From Phallusia mammillata (taxonomy: Eukaryota), in NCBI GenBank assembly GCA_965637545.1, contig OZ281495.1, positions 10,292,001 through 10,356,000 on the forward strand: 64,000 bases of DNA. The letters run 5' to 3'. The stretch's first letter is position 1; every line of letters starts with the position of its first letter. Below the pieces are notes generated by a model. That model saw only the letters and a list, made by a program, of their open reading frames with translations, did not search any database and had not been told where the DNA came from. Position numbers and translations under genes: made by a program. Positions 1-11,292 of this stretch are shown in pieces.

Positions 1-1722
1 CGTCGCGTGTTTGCTCCAAACGCCACAGGTGGCCAAACTAGTGAATAGTAACCAATTGGTATACATATTAACAGGAGTCGAACTTGGGTTATTATACTTG
101 GTATTTGATTGTTGGCCCCCAATAGCCCCCTAATTATTGTTGAAAAATGTCCGAATTGATCGAAGTTTAAAGGCTTTGTACAATAGAACATGTAGGGGCG
201 CAATTACCGAATTTTATGGTATTAGCTTTGGTCTTTAAGTTGTGATTATAGCAGCTTATTTTTTACCGCTTCTGAGGCACAAGTTCAGGGAAGGGCCAAA
301 AAGCTTTATCCCCCAAAATTTTGACAATTTACAATTTGGTTTCATCAATCGGTATATTGAGCCAGTTTGTACAGAACCACAACTCTTATTTTTTTTTCTT
401 GCTACCCTACTACACACAAGTCGCAACGTACATACAAATGTGTGTGTTTTTGCTATTCGCTAGTGTTGTGTTGTTACGCAAACCTGATACCGACATTTTT
501 TCTCGTTCAAACCCTGGAGCTTAAACAAGGGGTATCCAAAGCATTTTTTAGTGGAGGGCCGCATTTTGGACTTTTTAAAGTTCAGTGGGCCTGGTTTGGG
601 GGAATGCCTAAAACGCAAAGTTTGATTTGTCAGTTTATAAAAAGTCCAAGTTTAGGTCTGTTAAGGTAACGATTAAATTTTTTAAGTAGGCCCTACCACA
701 CATTCGAATGTTCTTGCGATCGCTTCCATTTGTTTTCTCCATCGTGTCTGTGCGCAAGTGATCTTAGAAAATTTGGGAACCACTGTTCTGGTTATAACTG
801 ACGAGAGAGATAAATAATAACAAAAAAACTGATTCCAAATCTTTGGATAAACATTAACATTTTTAAGTTTTATATCATGTCGTCGTTTGCCAAGACAACC
901 GATGGACCCTTCACGACAGAACTAAGTTGATGCTTTTTGCAATTATGTTCCCGAATTTGTCAAAATTTATATAAAACTGAGACACTCCCTCGTCTCACCC
1001 GCGCCGAAACAAAAGGAAAAAAAAACGAATCAGGATCGTATATGTTTGTTTTGTTGTAGAATGGGGCTAGGAGCACGGCGGATCGGATTAAAAACATTGG
1101 TGGGCTGCAGTTGACTCTAGCTGGTTTGGATCACCACGTTGCGAACTATTGTGTTAAATGCCTGAAACAAACCACGGAAACAGATGGTCGTGTGGGAAAT
1201 CTATGTTCCTTGTGCTTACTATATCCGTAAATGAATGTGATGTGCAATGTTGCTGACTCAGCAAAATTACACGTTAGAGCTGAATTGCTTGAAAAACTTT
1301 TATCTGCAAATATGCCAATGAAGTGTACAAACAGCGGGAATATTTTACCCACAATATATGAAAACAATGGGACACATTGAAAAATTAATGCATACACTTA
1401 CCTGGGTTAAAAAAAAAACTAACATCAAGATCTGTTAAAACAAACAGCACAGAAAAAAAGCTTTTAAGTGCCATCAGTTTCTTACCGACAACAGTTCACA
1501 CACAAAGTTATTATGAATTTAATGTAGGCTTGTTTAATTGGTCCCTGTACCTTCAGCGTTTAAGTCTGGCGCGACATGGTCACCACACGTTGTCTAGAAA
1601 TCTGACGAAAAGTTAAACGCAGTCAGACATTGTTTCATGGAAAACACTTCGCAACCTACGCAAGTTGTGTAGGTATCGGCAAGTCACCGCTACTAACATG
1701 GATAACGTGGTTCATGCGTCAT

Positions 1723-1734
1723 CACGTGACGTCA
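1723..1734. promoter_or_regulatory. Overlapping E-box (CACGTG) and CRE palindrome (TGACGTCA) upstream of the lectin gene
   Basis: CACGTGACGTCA at 1723-1734, about 190 nt before the ATG; a probable 5'UTR intron lies at 1839-1908. Motif match only. Confidence 0.35.
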
Positions 1735-1920
1735 CATGTCTTTTTTTTCGGTAACGAAAATGCAGCAGATTGCAACCAGCACTTTTGAGGTCAAATAAAA
1801 ACTAACAGTGTACAAGGGAACGTACACAGACGTTAAGGTATTAACTGAAAAAGCTGTCTAGAATATCGACCATTTTTGTATACTGAAGCATTGGTTGTCG
1901 TTTTACAGATTGAAAAGAAA

Positions 1921-3840
1921 ATGAAATTGGTAATTTTTGTTTACGTAGCTGCCATTACAACATCAGCCTGGTCACAAGAGCAATGGATAAGTTTAAGGGG
2001 ATTTAATTTTAGTTATGCCATCGCCCAGTCTGGAAGCTCGTTCAACTCATCGGATCTTGGAAACATATGCCACACTTTACATCCTGAAGCGTATCCGGTT
2101 GTCATAAAGAAGTATGATCATCAACTTTTTTTGATTAGTCAAATGACTTCCGCCTGGAAGAACGCAGGTGCTAAACCAAACATTAACTTTAAATCAACAT
2201 TACTGTAAACACAGTGGTATTTTGTATAGTTTGAGTTTTTGTTAGACTGACTAGTACTACATGTTATTACAGCTTTTTGTGTACAGAAATGGATCTTTTC
2301 TACATCGGTTTGGTAAACAGTGAAAGTGGGTTTGTGTGGCGGCATGTCGAACGATTAACGTTACCAACATTTTGGGTGGATGGATACCCGAAAAACTTGA
2401 GTAACGCACGATGTGTTGCTATGATACGAAAAGAAACAATTCGGTCGATCAATATGTGGAAAACCGTTGCCTGTTCATCTCCTGGTAACGTAATTTGTCA
2501 ATTGGACGACGCAAAAGGTAAATGTTACCATAAGCACGCTTTATACAAGACCGTTTTATGTAGCGGTTTAAACCGTCAAGCTATTCCAACTTACTTCATT
2601 GAATCAAATGACAAAGGTTTTTGATAAAAAGTAAATAGAATTCAAGTCATTTTTATTTGTATTGTCACATGGGTTTATTATCGAGAACGATCTTAATGGT
2701 TGCGCAAGTATTTTTTGTGAATATTTTTGTTGATAGAACGGGTTCTAGCTTTAAAACCGTGAAATGAAGTGTATGAAATGTGTAGTTCAAAAAAACGAAA
2801 ACAAACCTCTTTTCGGTTGACTGTGACCTGCTTTAATCAAACAAAACTGCGCAAAAGCTTACAGTGTTTGACAGGTTAAAATTATTACTGAAATATTTCC
2901 ATTCTAGATACGAACACATCTACAATACCAAACACCAGCACGCCTCTATCAGTCGCAGAAACATCTGTGCCTGCAGTATATCAATCAAATACCATTGAAT
3001 TTGTTAGTTCTGCGCCAACCACCGTTGTAACCTTTTTACCCACGACAAATACAAAAGAAACCATATTACCTGGTAAAAATAGATGAATTATGATTTTGAT
3101 TTGGAATTTTACAAATGTTTTTGCTTGCAGGAAATTCAAATATGAACCGAACGTATTTTACCATCATCGTGGTAGAAGCGTTTATTATTCTGTTACTGGT
3201 CATCATAATTGTGTCAGTAATTTTTTACTTTTTAGAAAAAATCAGGTACGTGAAATTTAAAAACTTCAACACACACACACTGGGAATGTTTTTTTTTTCA
3301 TAAAACTGTTCATGTTTGTTAATTCAGAAAAATGGAATTTCCGGTTAAAAAGAAAGAACGTTCTTCAGAAGGTAAGGAACTCTAACAACAATTGCTAATC
3401 CAAACTCAATCTTTTTGACAGAATGTAACAACTAAATTTAAATTGATTATAATTAAGTTGTAATCTGGTACCTGGTTTGTTCAGTTGCGGCGGAATTTGG
3501 AAGTAATATCGACAGCTTTTCGTCTGTTTCTGAAGTTTCTGAAACAAACCAAGCTACATCGGACCTTTATTTCTCTTCGGAACAACCCCAAATACCATTC
3601 CGAAAAAGTTTATCTGGAAAACGTTCCTTTTCCAAACATTGTGCCCCAAATAGATCAAAGAAAACGAAAGTTGATTCCAATCCTAACAATGTTGAAATGA
3701 ATAGCATTTCTGAAGTCAAAGGTGTAGACAATTCGGAATATGGAAAAGGCAAGTCTTTTTGCGTGGTTGACTCTAACGGAGTTGCTCAATCTAATCCGAG
3801 AAGAGTGACTGAAAGTTACAGTGTTGTTCGGAAACTTTAA
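1921..3840 (+). CDS. Type-I transmembrane C-type lectin-domain receptor, about 402 aa; exons 1921-2204, 2273-2517, 2908-3072, 3131-3245, 3328-3371, 3485-3840
   Basis: GT-AG junctions give one open frame of 1209 nt. Signal peptide MKLVIFVYVAAITTSAWS; CTLD motifs ICHTL, FYIGL, FVW, FWVDGYP, RCVAM, WKTVACSSPGNVICQ; Ser/Thr/Pro-rich stalk; TM YFTIIVVEAFIILLLVIIIVSVIFYFL; Ser-rich tail ending ESYSVVRKL*. AATAAA at 3946-3951. The exon-2 acceptor could alternatively be 2246 or 2255 (same phase). Confidence 0.85.
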
Positions 3841-4436
3841 AATTGTATCACAGATGAAGAGCAGAATGTAAATATACTGAATTGCCTCACATAAACAAAG
3901 TATTTTATTACTATTTATGTAACACATCCTTCATATCGCTGATGTAATAAAGCATGTCGCTTTGTCACGCTATTTGGGTTTTGTATTCGTTATTATTTTA
4001 TTATTGTTTATTTATTTTTGACAAGACTTACATTATATTAATCTGTTGCTTACATTTCGGTAACCCCAAACTAAGGTTGTTAGATGAGTGCCAATTTTTA
4101 CTAGCACGTTTTCCGGAAGCTACATGACGTGTTATTACGTCATTGCAATTTGTTCCGCTATTTTCCCACGAAAGTGTGGGTGAATAGTTTAATATTGCAG
4201 CATACTTCTGTCAAGCTTTTGTTGACCGCAAGTAAACTTTGGTTGAAAGACTGCGACAGTGTCAACATTATAGAACGCCACTGTACGTCTACCACTTTCC
4301 TCAAGTCAAATCGTTTCTGTCTTAATACAGTAAAAGTCTTTTATTTAACATTTTTTTAACATAAAGTGACAAACGTCCACGGGTCCGTCCGCCTTGAACT
4401 GATACATTATACATAAGCTATTGTTGCCAGGCATAA

Positions 4437-4496
4437 TATCAAGTTTGTAGAGCTCTTCTGGCAAATGTAATTTAGAAGAGCTCTACAAACTTGATA
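4437..4496. repeat. Perfect 23-bp inverted repeat with a 14-nt loop
   Basis: TATCAAGTTTGTAGAGCTCTTCT (4437-4459) is the exact reverse complement of AGAAGAGCTCTACAAACTTGATA (4474-4496). Confidence 0.9.
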
Positions 4497-5225
4497 CATT
4501 ATACTTTTATATTGTTCTCGGATGTCATAACATTTCGATGTTTGTCGCTGTAGCGAAATTTCGTTAAAGCGTGTTTGAAAGAGGAAAAAAATTCGACCAG
4601 TTGGTTAAGTTGGAGTGGTGTTGATATGTCTGTGCCGCTTGTCTCAAACGTCTTTGAGCTTTTACTTTTGTCATACAAAATACATTTAGATACTGATAGC
4701 CCGTTTTTGTGGCAAGATCTTTTACTAAAAGCCTTAGATCCCTTTTAAAATCGTTGAAACCAGCAAAACCGTAAAAATGCACAGTTTTGTTGGCACTACC
4801 ATTGGCTTTCAAGATCGATATTCTAGAAATTGAAAGTGAAAACTTGTATGGTGTCGTTTATAAAAAAGTTCCGCCGTGGCAATTTGTACGCAGTGTAACA
4901 CAAGACTTGAATAACGGAGAAACGTATTGCAACAGTAAACAAAACCAAGGAAGCTTTCGCATTAGCTCTTGTACCGCTTGTAAATCAAGCATTTCCAGAA
5001 GACAGCAATGCTGTACATGCTGTTCACTTCTCTGCTTACTGGCTTTAGGGGTAAACGCCTTGTAGATAAGAATTGGTCGAAGCGAGACCCGAGTTTTAGA
5101 AAAGCGTCGCGTCGAGCAATTAACGCTCACGGTTCATTTATGGCTGCGAAAAGTCGCTGTAAGTTAATGTTTGTGTGGTAAAGCCTGGAGTTAACGCAGT
5201 CAGGGATAAGTTTAAATGCTTGACA

Positions 5226-5345
5226 GATGAGATTAAACAGCTACAACAGAAGCTAAACAATATGAGAAATAAGATCATGCGATTTTTCTCTTTTCGGTGC
5301 TTCAATTGAAATGATAAGGAACATTTTGCAAAAAGACCAAAAAAG
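5226..5345 (+). pseudogene. Decayed retroelement gag remnant (coiled coil plus broken CCHC knuckle)
   Basis: Translates DEIKQLQQKLNNMRNKIMRFFSFRCFN*NDKEHFAKRP, resembling C-x2-C-x4-H-x4-C with the second Cys mutated to TGA. Upstream 4560-5200 has interrupted coding-like frames. Confidence 0.4.
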
Positions 5346-7104
5346 GCTAGCTTTGGACTGGAAAGGAGTGTGATCAGATTCGCAATTAAAGACGCCGTTT
5401 CCTGTCAGTATCATGAGCCTAAGGTATAGCACCAAGAAGTATTAACACATAGAACGCCAACCAGAGTGTGTTGAACAAGTAGAACAATGTTGACATCAAT
5501 GGTGTTTCTATGATTGCTTTACAAAAATAAAGTAACTGCTTAAGTAAAGTAATTTGTTAAAAAAAAGAATCCCATTAAAACAGACCTATGTTTCAGAGTC
5601 GGAGGCATTTGATCCAAAGGAGGGCATAGGCTACTCGGTACAAGTTATATGTTGAACCAAAATTTGTGGTGAACTGCAAGTTGATGACGCTGTACTTGCA
5701 CGGTGGGTCAGCTTCTTGTTATTCGAACCACTTTACACATAATCACAAATGTTATACTTTTAGTATCAATTGTGATTTTATTTAAAAATATGTTTTAGTT
5801 CCGTGCTTGACTAACTTTGTTGGATTATTGCTGCCGATAAGACGTTACAATCTCTACTATGTGCGTAACAATGAAATTGGAAGGCGTATTGTCTCCAGGT
5901 TATGATGATTGGTTCATTTACTGTACAACTTGGCAGAGTGAGGTGACTTTATACTGCTTTGATTAAAACCGTTGTACTACATTTTTGAAAGAAAAAGGCT
6001 AAAATTCAATGTTGTTATGCCGAATGACTTCTTAGTGTGAACGTTGTTTTCTGTGATTGTTGGTTAAGTGTTTATTCTGACTTGTGTTGTGCCATAAGTT
6101 TAATTTATTATTTACATATTTGGCTCAGCATACTATATTTTCATACAGTGCTTGCAGCGAATGATTGTTTGTGTCCCAGTTCTAATCCTGTTTCTGGATT
6201 GCTTACAATCATTGTGTGCAACATTGTGGTTGTTGCCGCTGTTCAACATGACTTTTATCTCTTTGTTGCATGAAAATGCTCTATTAAAAAATTGCTAAAC
6301 GGAAAAAAAGAAAAGTGGACTGTGGTAAGTAATAATATTTGTATTACAGTCAATGTAATGTTAATTCTTGTGCACATTATTAGTGCTTTATGGCCGCAAT
6401 CTACAATATGTGACAAATACAAGGGGGAACTCCATGCAACTAAAATACTGTGCCTCCGGTTTGTGATTTTTACTAAAGTTTTGAAAAAAATATTGTTTGT
6501 GGAATCATGGACACCAAAAGTTGCTTAACAAGGTTCACGTAATTGCTAAAACGCGATGCTGCGTTCGCAATTGGGCCGGATTTTTAAGGTAAGACAAATA
6601 AAACTATTGATCAGTGTAGTAAATCCGGCTCTATAATGATAAGCTTGTGTAGAATTCAAGCAGTGTGCTAATTCTACCTTTCAGTCTCTTGACTGGCAGA
6701 ATAAGATAGCCGGTTTCAGATGCACTTTATTTTCAGTGATTTAAAACGGATTTTTGACCACCTTAATCAAATAGAATCAAAACTTCACAATTACAAACAG
6801 TCCAAACAATTTACCTTATATAACATAAAATTATCCACCTCAGCAAAGTTTGATACAACACCACAGATTTAGATACTGCTGAAACAATGACTGGGCTACA
6901 CGTGCAGAGACAAAAAACCGAGAAAGCAGGACGCACATAAAGTTGGCAGTTATGTCGTCACAATGAACGTATAGGTCACGGGTTACAACGGCGGGAAAGG
7001 TTCTTGCTATTGGGGAGCGTTACATACCGGCCCCTAAATAACGAACGTGGAAACGAAGTTATTTACACAAAACGACGTAAGGACAGAAACGAAACACAAC
7101 AAAG

Positions 7105-10100
7105 TTACGCTGCCTCAAGTAAGCACAACTTGCGAATATCGCGCGTATATACAGCCCTCGCAGTGCGAACGCGAACACTTCTGACAGCTCCTTCACCATC
7201 AGGGTACACCTCTTCGACAATGCCCTTTGGCCAGGCACCCCGCGGATTCATTTCGTCCACGACCAAAACCAGGTCACCAACCCCAAAGTTTTTAGTTGGA
7301 CGTACCCATTTCTGGCGCAGCTGAAGTATTGGCAGGTAGTCGCGAAGCCACCTCTTCCAAAACGTATCTGCCAGCCACTGGACTGTACGCCACGATCTCC
7401 GGTAGCCGTCGGCAGTCGCGAACTTGTCCGGAGGAAGAGAACAGTCCAATTTTCCTATCATTAACATGTTGGGAGTCAGTGCTCGCAGATCCCGAACATC
7501 ATCACTAAGGGCAGCTATCGGTTGGTTGTTGAGAATGCGCTCAACTTCTGCGAGCAACGTACACAACGACTCGTCGGTAAGCGAAGCATTGCCAACGATT
7601 GCTTGTAAAATTCGGCGAATAGAGCGGACGACGCGCTCCCAGACACCACCTTGGTGGCTTGCAATCGGGGGATTAAAGTGCCAGTTTGTCCCTCTTTGAC
7701 GCAGATGGCTATGAATAGCAGTTTGATTCCATTTTGCCATGCCTTCACGAAGTTCACGTTCGGCACCTACGAAATTGGTGCCGTTGTCACTAAAAACATC
7801 AGAAGCAGATCCTCTTCTGCTGGAGAACCTGCGAAACGCATTAATGAAAGAAGAGGTGTCCAGCGAATGAGCCACCTCAATGTGTACAGCCCTGGTACAC
7901 ATGCAGGTGAATACACAACCATAACGTTTGACTTGACTCCTTCCTATCTTTACCAGAAAAGGTCCCATGTAATCAACTCCCACACTGGTGAATGGTGGGT
8001 TACCAGGAGTAATTCGTTCCTTAGGTAAAGCACCCATGATCTGTGATCCGGCCTTGGCGTGGCGTAGTTTACAACCTTTGCATCGGCGAACCACACGCCG
8101 CACAGCTGAGTGCCCTTTAACTATCCAATACTTCTCGCGCACAGACGCGAGCACGTGTAACGTTCCACAATGACCTTCAGTGTGATGGTAGTGGTTGATA
8201 ATTAAGTCCGTCACGTGGTGACGGTATGGCAAAATAATGTGGTGTTTTTGTTGCTCAAATACATCTGACCTCCGCAGTCTTCCTCCAACGCAAATAATAC
8301 CGTTGACAAGACAGGGGCGCAGCTTGCACAACGACGAACGATATTTCGTTGAGCAACAATGCTGCATTGCCTCTTCAAAGCTTTTACAGTCCGGCAGGCA
8401 GGCAAGGTCAGAGGGAAACGCTTCTTGTTGTACCAACTGCACAATATATTTTGACGCATTTTCCAACTCTTGTACAGTCAGTCCTACCGGGTTAAAACTT
8501 GGCGCATCCGCAGACCTATTCTTGTCGTATTTCCAAAGCACACAATCCTTAAATCGGCTCAACCAAGCGATAGACTTTTGCAGTTTATCCCACGAAGAAA
8601 AACGCTGCAACAGCTGTTGCAGTGGCGTGTCATTGGCAGTCACCTTTGTAGTGCATATAGTATGTGATTTTATTTCGAGGTCTGTATCAGCTACAGAAAA
8701 TATGGCCGGCTGATCAGGCCAGGAATCCTGACAGTTCCATAAAAAATCTGGTCCCCTGAACCAATGTCTGGCTTTAACAAATTCGTTGGGCATTAGTCCA
8801 CGCGAAGCAATGTCAGCAGGGTTATCTTTGCTTCCAACATGTCGCCATTGTGATGGCCGCGAATGCTCATGAATTATAGCGAGGCGATTCGCAACAAAGG
8901 TCTGAAAACGGCGAGCAGTATTGTGTATGTAGTGTAGCACAGTTGTCGAGTCAGACCAAAACAACACATTGTCTACGTCATAGTCCAATTCTTGAACAAC
9001 CATTGTCCCTAATTTAACTGTAGTTACAGCAGCGACGAGTTCCAGTCGCGGTATTGTGACAGGTTTTAAAGGGGTCACACGAGATTTTCCAAGCACCAGT
9101 GAACAGTGAATATTCCCGTTTGAGTCAACAAAGCGAAGATAACACACCGCACCGAACCCGGTCTCGCAGGCATCGCCAAAGCAGTGCAGCTGTGTTGAAA
9201 CGATGACTGCATTGGGAGGTTTGTAGCAACGCGGTATAGAAACGTTTTTTAATAAAGGTACGTGGTCCAACCAAAGATTCCAGTGCTCAACCGCACTTTC
9301 GGGCAGTGGATCGTCCCAATCAAGCTGCTGGTTGCAAAGAGACTGCATTAGCCGTTTCATAGGAAGCATAAAGGGTTGGATAAATCCAAGTGGGTCGTAG
9401 ACCTGACTGATCACTGAGAGCATTCCGCGACGGGAATGCGGCTTTTGTTTTATATTCACTCGAACCCCAAAGCTGTCATTGGCCATGTTCCACTGAATTC
9501 CCAATGTTTTTTCACTGGGTAAGTCCGACAAATCCAAGTTCAGCACTGCACTTGAGCGGTCTGGTTCGTTAACAGACTCGAGGACGGCTGTCGAGTTGCT
9601 AAGAAATTTCGTCAGGTGAAATCCGCCCTCACGCAAAACCTCGGTTATGTCCCTGATTAGCGCAGTGGCTTGCGTAACTGACGACGCTGATTTGAGGCAG
9701 TCGTCGACATAAAAAAATTTCAAAATGGTCTCAATAGTATCATGCGAAAACATGTCGTTCTGGTCGAGCGCAGCCTTACGCAGCGCGAAGCTCGCGCAAC
9801 TAGGCGATGATGTGGCACCAAACAAATGTACCAACATTTGATAGTCCACTGGCGGCAGGCTTGTGTCCCCGTTGGGCCACCACAGAAATCGAAGCGAATC
9901 ACAGTCCTCGGGCAAAACCCTCACCTGGTGAAACATGCCTTTTATGTCAGCGGCAAAGGCGATCATTTCTTGGCGAAAGCGTAATAGCACTCCGACAAGG
10001 CTGTTGGTAAGGTCAGGCCCTTGCAGCAACTTGTCGTTCAAGGAAGTTCGTTTGTAGGAAGCGGCGCAATCAAAAACGATTCGGAATTTGCCACCCGTCG

Positions 10101-11292
10101 CGTGATGTGGAATGTACCATGTTTGCTTTGTACATGGCAAACTATCTGGGGGAATCTTTCGAGCAAATCCCTGTTTCAAGTAATCTTGCATCTTTTCTGT
10201 GTACCTTTCAAGCAATTCCTTATCCTTGTCGAGGCGGCGCTTTAAGTGTGACAAGCGTCGTTCTGCCAAGCTCCTGTTGTAGGGCAGAATGGGTTCAGGC
10301 GATTTCCAAGGCAAGGCTATCTGGTAATGTCCATTCACTTTAATGACACTGTTTTTCATGATTGAAAGAGCTCGTTTGTCATTAAGTGAAAGTCCTAGGT
10401 CACTCGAACGTTTATCCTGAAACTCAGTACTGTATAATTGCTCCAATTGATAATGTAGCTTTGTGTCAGCGTGTATGTGATTTACGTTCGCGTTCTCAGT
10501 GTCCTGCTTTTTCCCTGGGCCAAACAAACACCAACCCAAACCAGTGCGAATAGCAATGGGATCGCCACGAGTTCCACGTACAGCCTCATGTTGCTCGTGA
10601 GCCTCGTAAACATCGGCTGCGACGAGCAAGTCAACATTCGGACAGTTTATTGTAGAGAACTTGAGATCCCGAATGTGCGGATACCGCTTTATATCGTCCA
10701 CAGTAGGAATGCTGCCTTGTAGGTTGGGTAACTTGGGAACGACCCTAACATCCTTCAACAAAAAACATGCGCCATCGTTCAGGCCTTGTACGGATAGCGA
10801 AACTTTTCGTCTGCGCAATGTCTGCGTTCCGTTTACGGTAGTAATTGTCAAGTTGTCTTCAACACCGCTTAGTCCCAGTTTCTTTGCCAATGCTGCAGAG
10901 CACAATGACGTGTCTGACCCGTCGTCAAGAAAGGCATGTGTGAAATGGGGTTTACAATCTTTATCCAAGACGGTAACTGGCACGACCTTAAGTCGCACAG
11001 AGTGAGTTCGCAGAGTAGCAGCGGATATTCCAGGCAGGGCGGATCCGTCAACTCCCGCTAAAGCGCTAGAAGATTGCCCGGATGGGCCAGAAGGTTGATC
11101 CCAATGCAGTAGCGTGTGGTGCCTTTTCCCACAACCGTCTACACGACACACATAATTGGATGTACATTCGCCCGCACAATGCTCGGGACGAAAACAGTTA
11201 AAACACAGTTTGTTACGCCGCACTAGGGCATGGCGTTCCTTTACCGGTTGGCTCAAAGGCCTCACATTTCCACAAACAATGTGACGACCCAC
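7105..11292 (-). CDS. BEL/Pao polyprotein: Zn knuckles, aspartic protease, RT, RNase H, integrase, C-terminal domain
   Basis: CFNC..HC and CGKRHHTLLH knuckles; FLDDGSDTSL protease; ADIKGMFHQV and YVDD RT; HCFGDAC RNase H; H..GH..C..C zinc finger; GVDYMGP, SDNGTNF, GVWER integrase; ends RDIRKLCLLEAA. Confidence 0.95.
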   Translation of the reverse strand: MGRHIVCGNVRPLSQPVKERHALVRRNKLCFNCFRPEHCAGECTSNYVCRVDGCGKRHHTLLHWDQPSGPSGQSSSALAGVDGSALPGISAATLRTHSVRLKVVPVTVLDKDCKPHFTHAFLDDGSDTSLCSAALAKKLGLSGVEDNLTITTVNGTQTLRRRKVSLSVQGLNDGACFLLKDVRVVPKLPNLQGSIPTVDDIKRYPHIRDLKFSTINCPNVDLLVAADVYEAHEQHEAVRGTRGDPIAIRTGLGWCLFGPGKKQDTENANVNHIHADTKLHYQLEQLYSTEFQDKRSSDLGLSLNDKRALSIMKNSVIKVNGHYQIALPWKSPEPILPYNRSLAERRLSHLKRRLDKDKELLERYTEKMQDYLKQGFARKIPPDSLPCTKQTWYIPHHATGGKFRIVFDCAASYKRTSLNDKLLQGPDLTNSLVGVLLRFRQEMIAFAADIKGMFHQVRVLPEDCDSLRFLWWPNGDTSLPPVDYQMLVHLFGATSSPSCASFALRKAALDQNDMFSHDTIETILKFFYVDDCLKSASSVTQATALIRDITEVLREGGFHLTKFLSNSTAVLESVNEPDRSSAVLNLDLSDLPSEKTLGIQWNMANDSFGVRVNIKQKPHSRRGMLSVISQVYDPLGFIQPFMLPMKRLMQSLCNQQLDWDDPLPESAVEHWNLWLDHVPLLKNVSIPRCYKPPNAVIVSTQLHCFGDACETGFGAVCYLRFVDSNGNIHCSLVLGKSRVTPLKPVTIPRLELVAAVTTVKLGTMVVQELDYDVDNVLFWSDSTTVLHYIHNTARRFQTFVANRLAIIHEHSRPSQWRHVGSKDNPADIASRGLMPNEFVKARHWFRGPDFLWNCQDSWPDQPAIFSVADTDLEIKSHTICTTKVTANDTPLQQLLQRFSSWDKLQKSIAWLSRFKDCVLWKYDKNRSADAPSFNPVGLTVQELENASKYIVQLVQQEAFPSDLACLPDCKSFEEAMQHCCSTKYRSSLCKLRPCLVNGIICVGGRLRRSDVFEQQKHHIILPYRHHVTDLIINHYHHTEGHCGTLHVLASVREKYWIVKGHSAVRRVVRRCKGCKLRHAKAGSQIMGALPKERITPGNPPFTSVGVDYMGPFLVKIGRSQVKRYGCVFTCMCTRAVHIEVAHSLDTSSFINAFRRFSSRRGSASDVFSDNGTNFVGAERELREGMAKWNQTAIHSHLRQRGTNWHFNPPIASHQGGVWERVVRSIRRILQAIVGNASLTDESLCTLLAEVERILNNQPIAALSDDVRDLRALTPNMLMIGKLDCSLPPDKFATADGYRRSWRTVQWLADTFWKRWLRDYLPILQLRQKWVRPTKNFGVGDLVLVVDEMNPRGAWPKGIVEEVYPDGEGAVRSVRVRTARAVYTRDIRKLCLLEAA

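Noticed and set aside
526-785. Possible hAT MITE (CAAGGGGTATCCAAA...TTTGGGAACCACTG)
   Set aside because: Termini are only loosely complementary and there is no matching TSD; too decayed to delimit.
860-1400. Short ORFs as a gene upstream of the lectin
   Set aside because: No recognisable domain or consistent exon chain on either strand.
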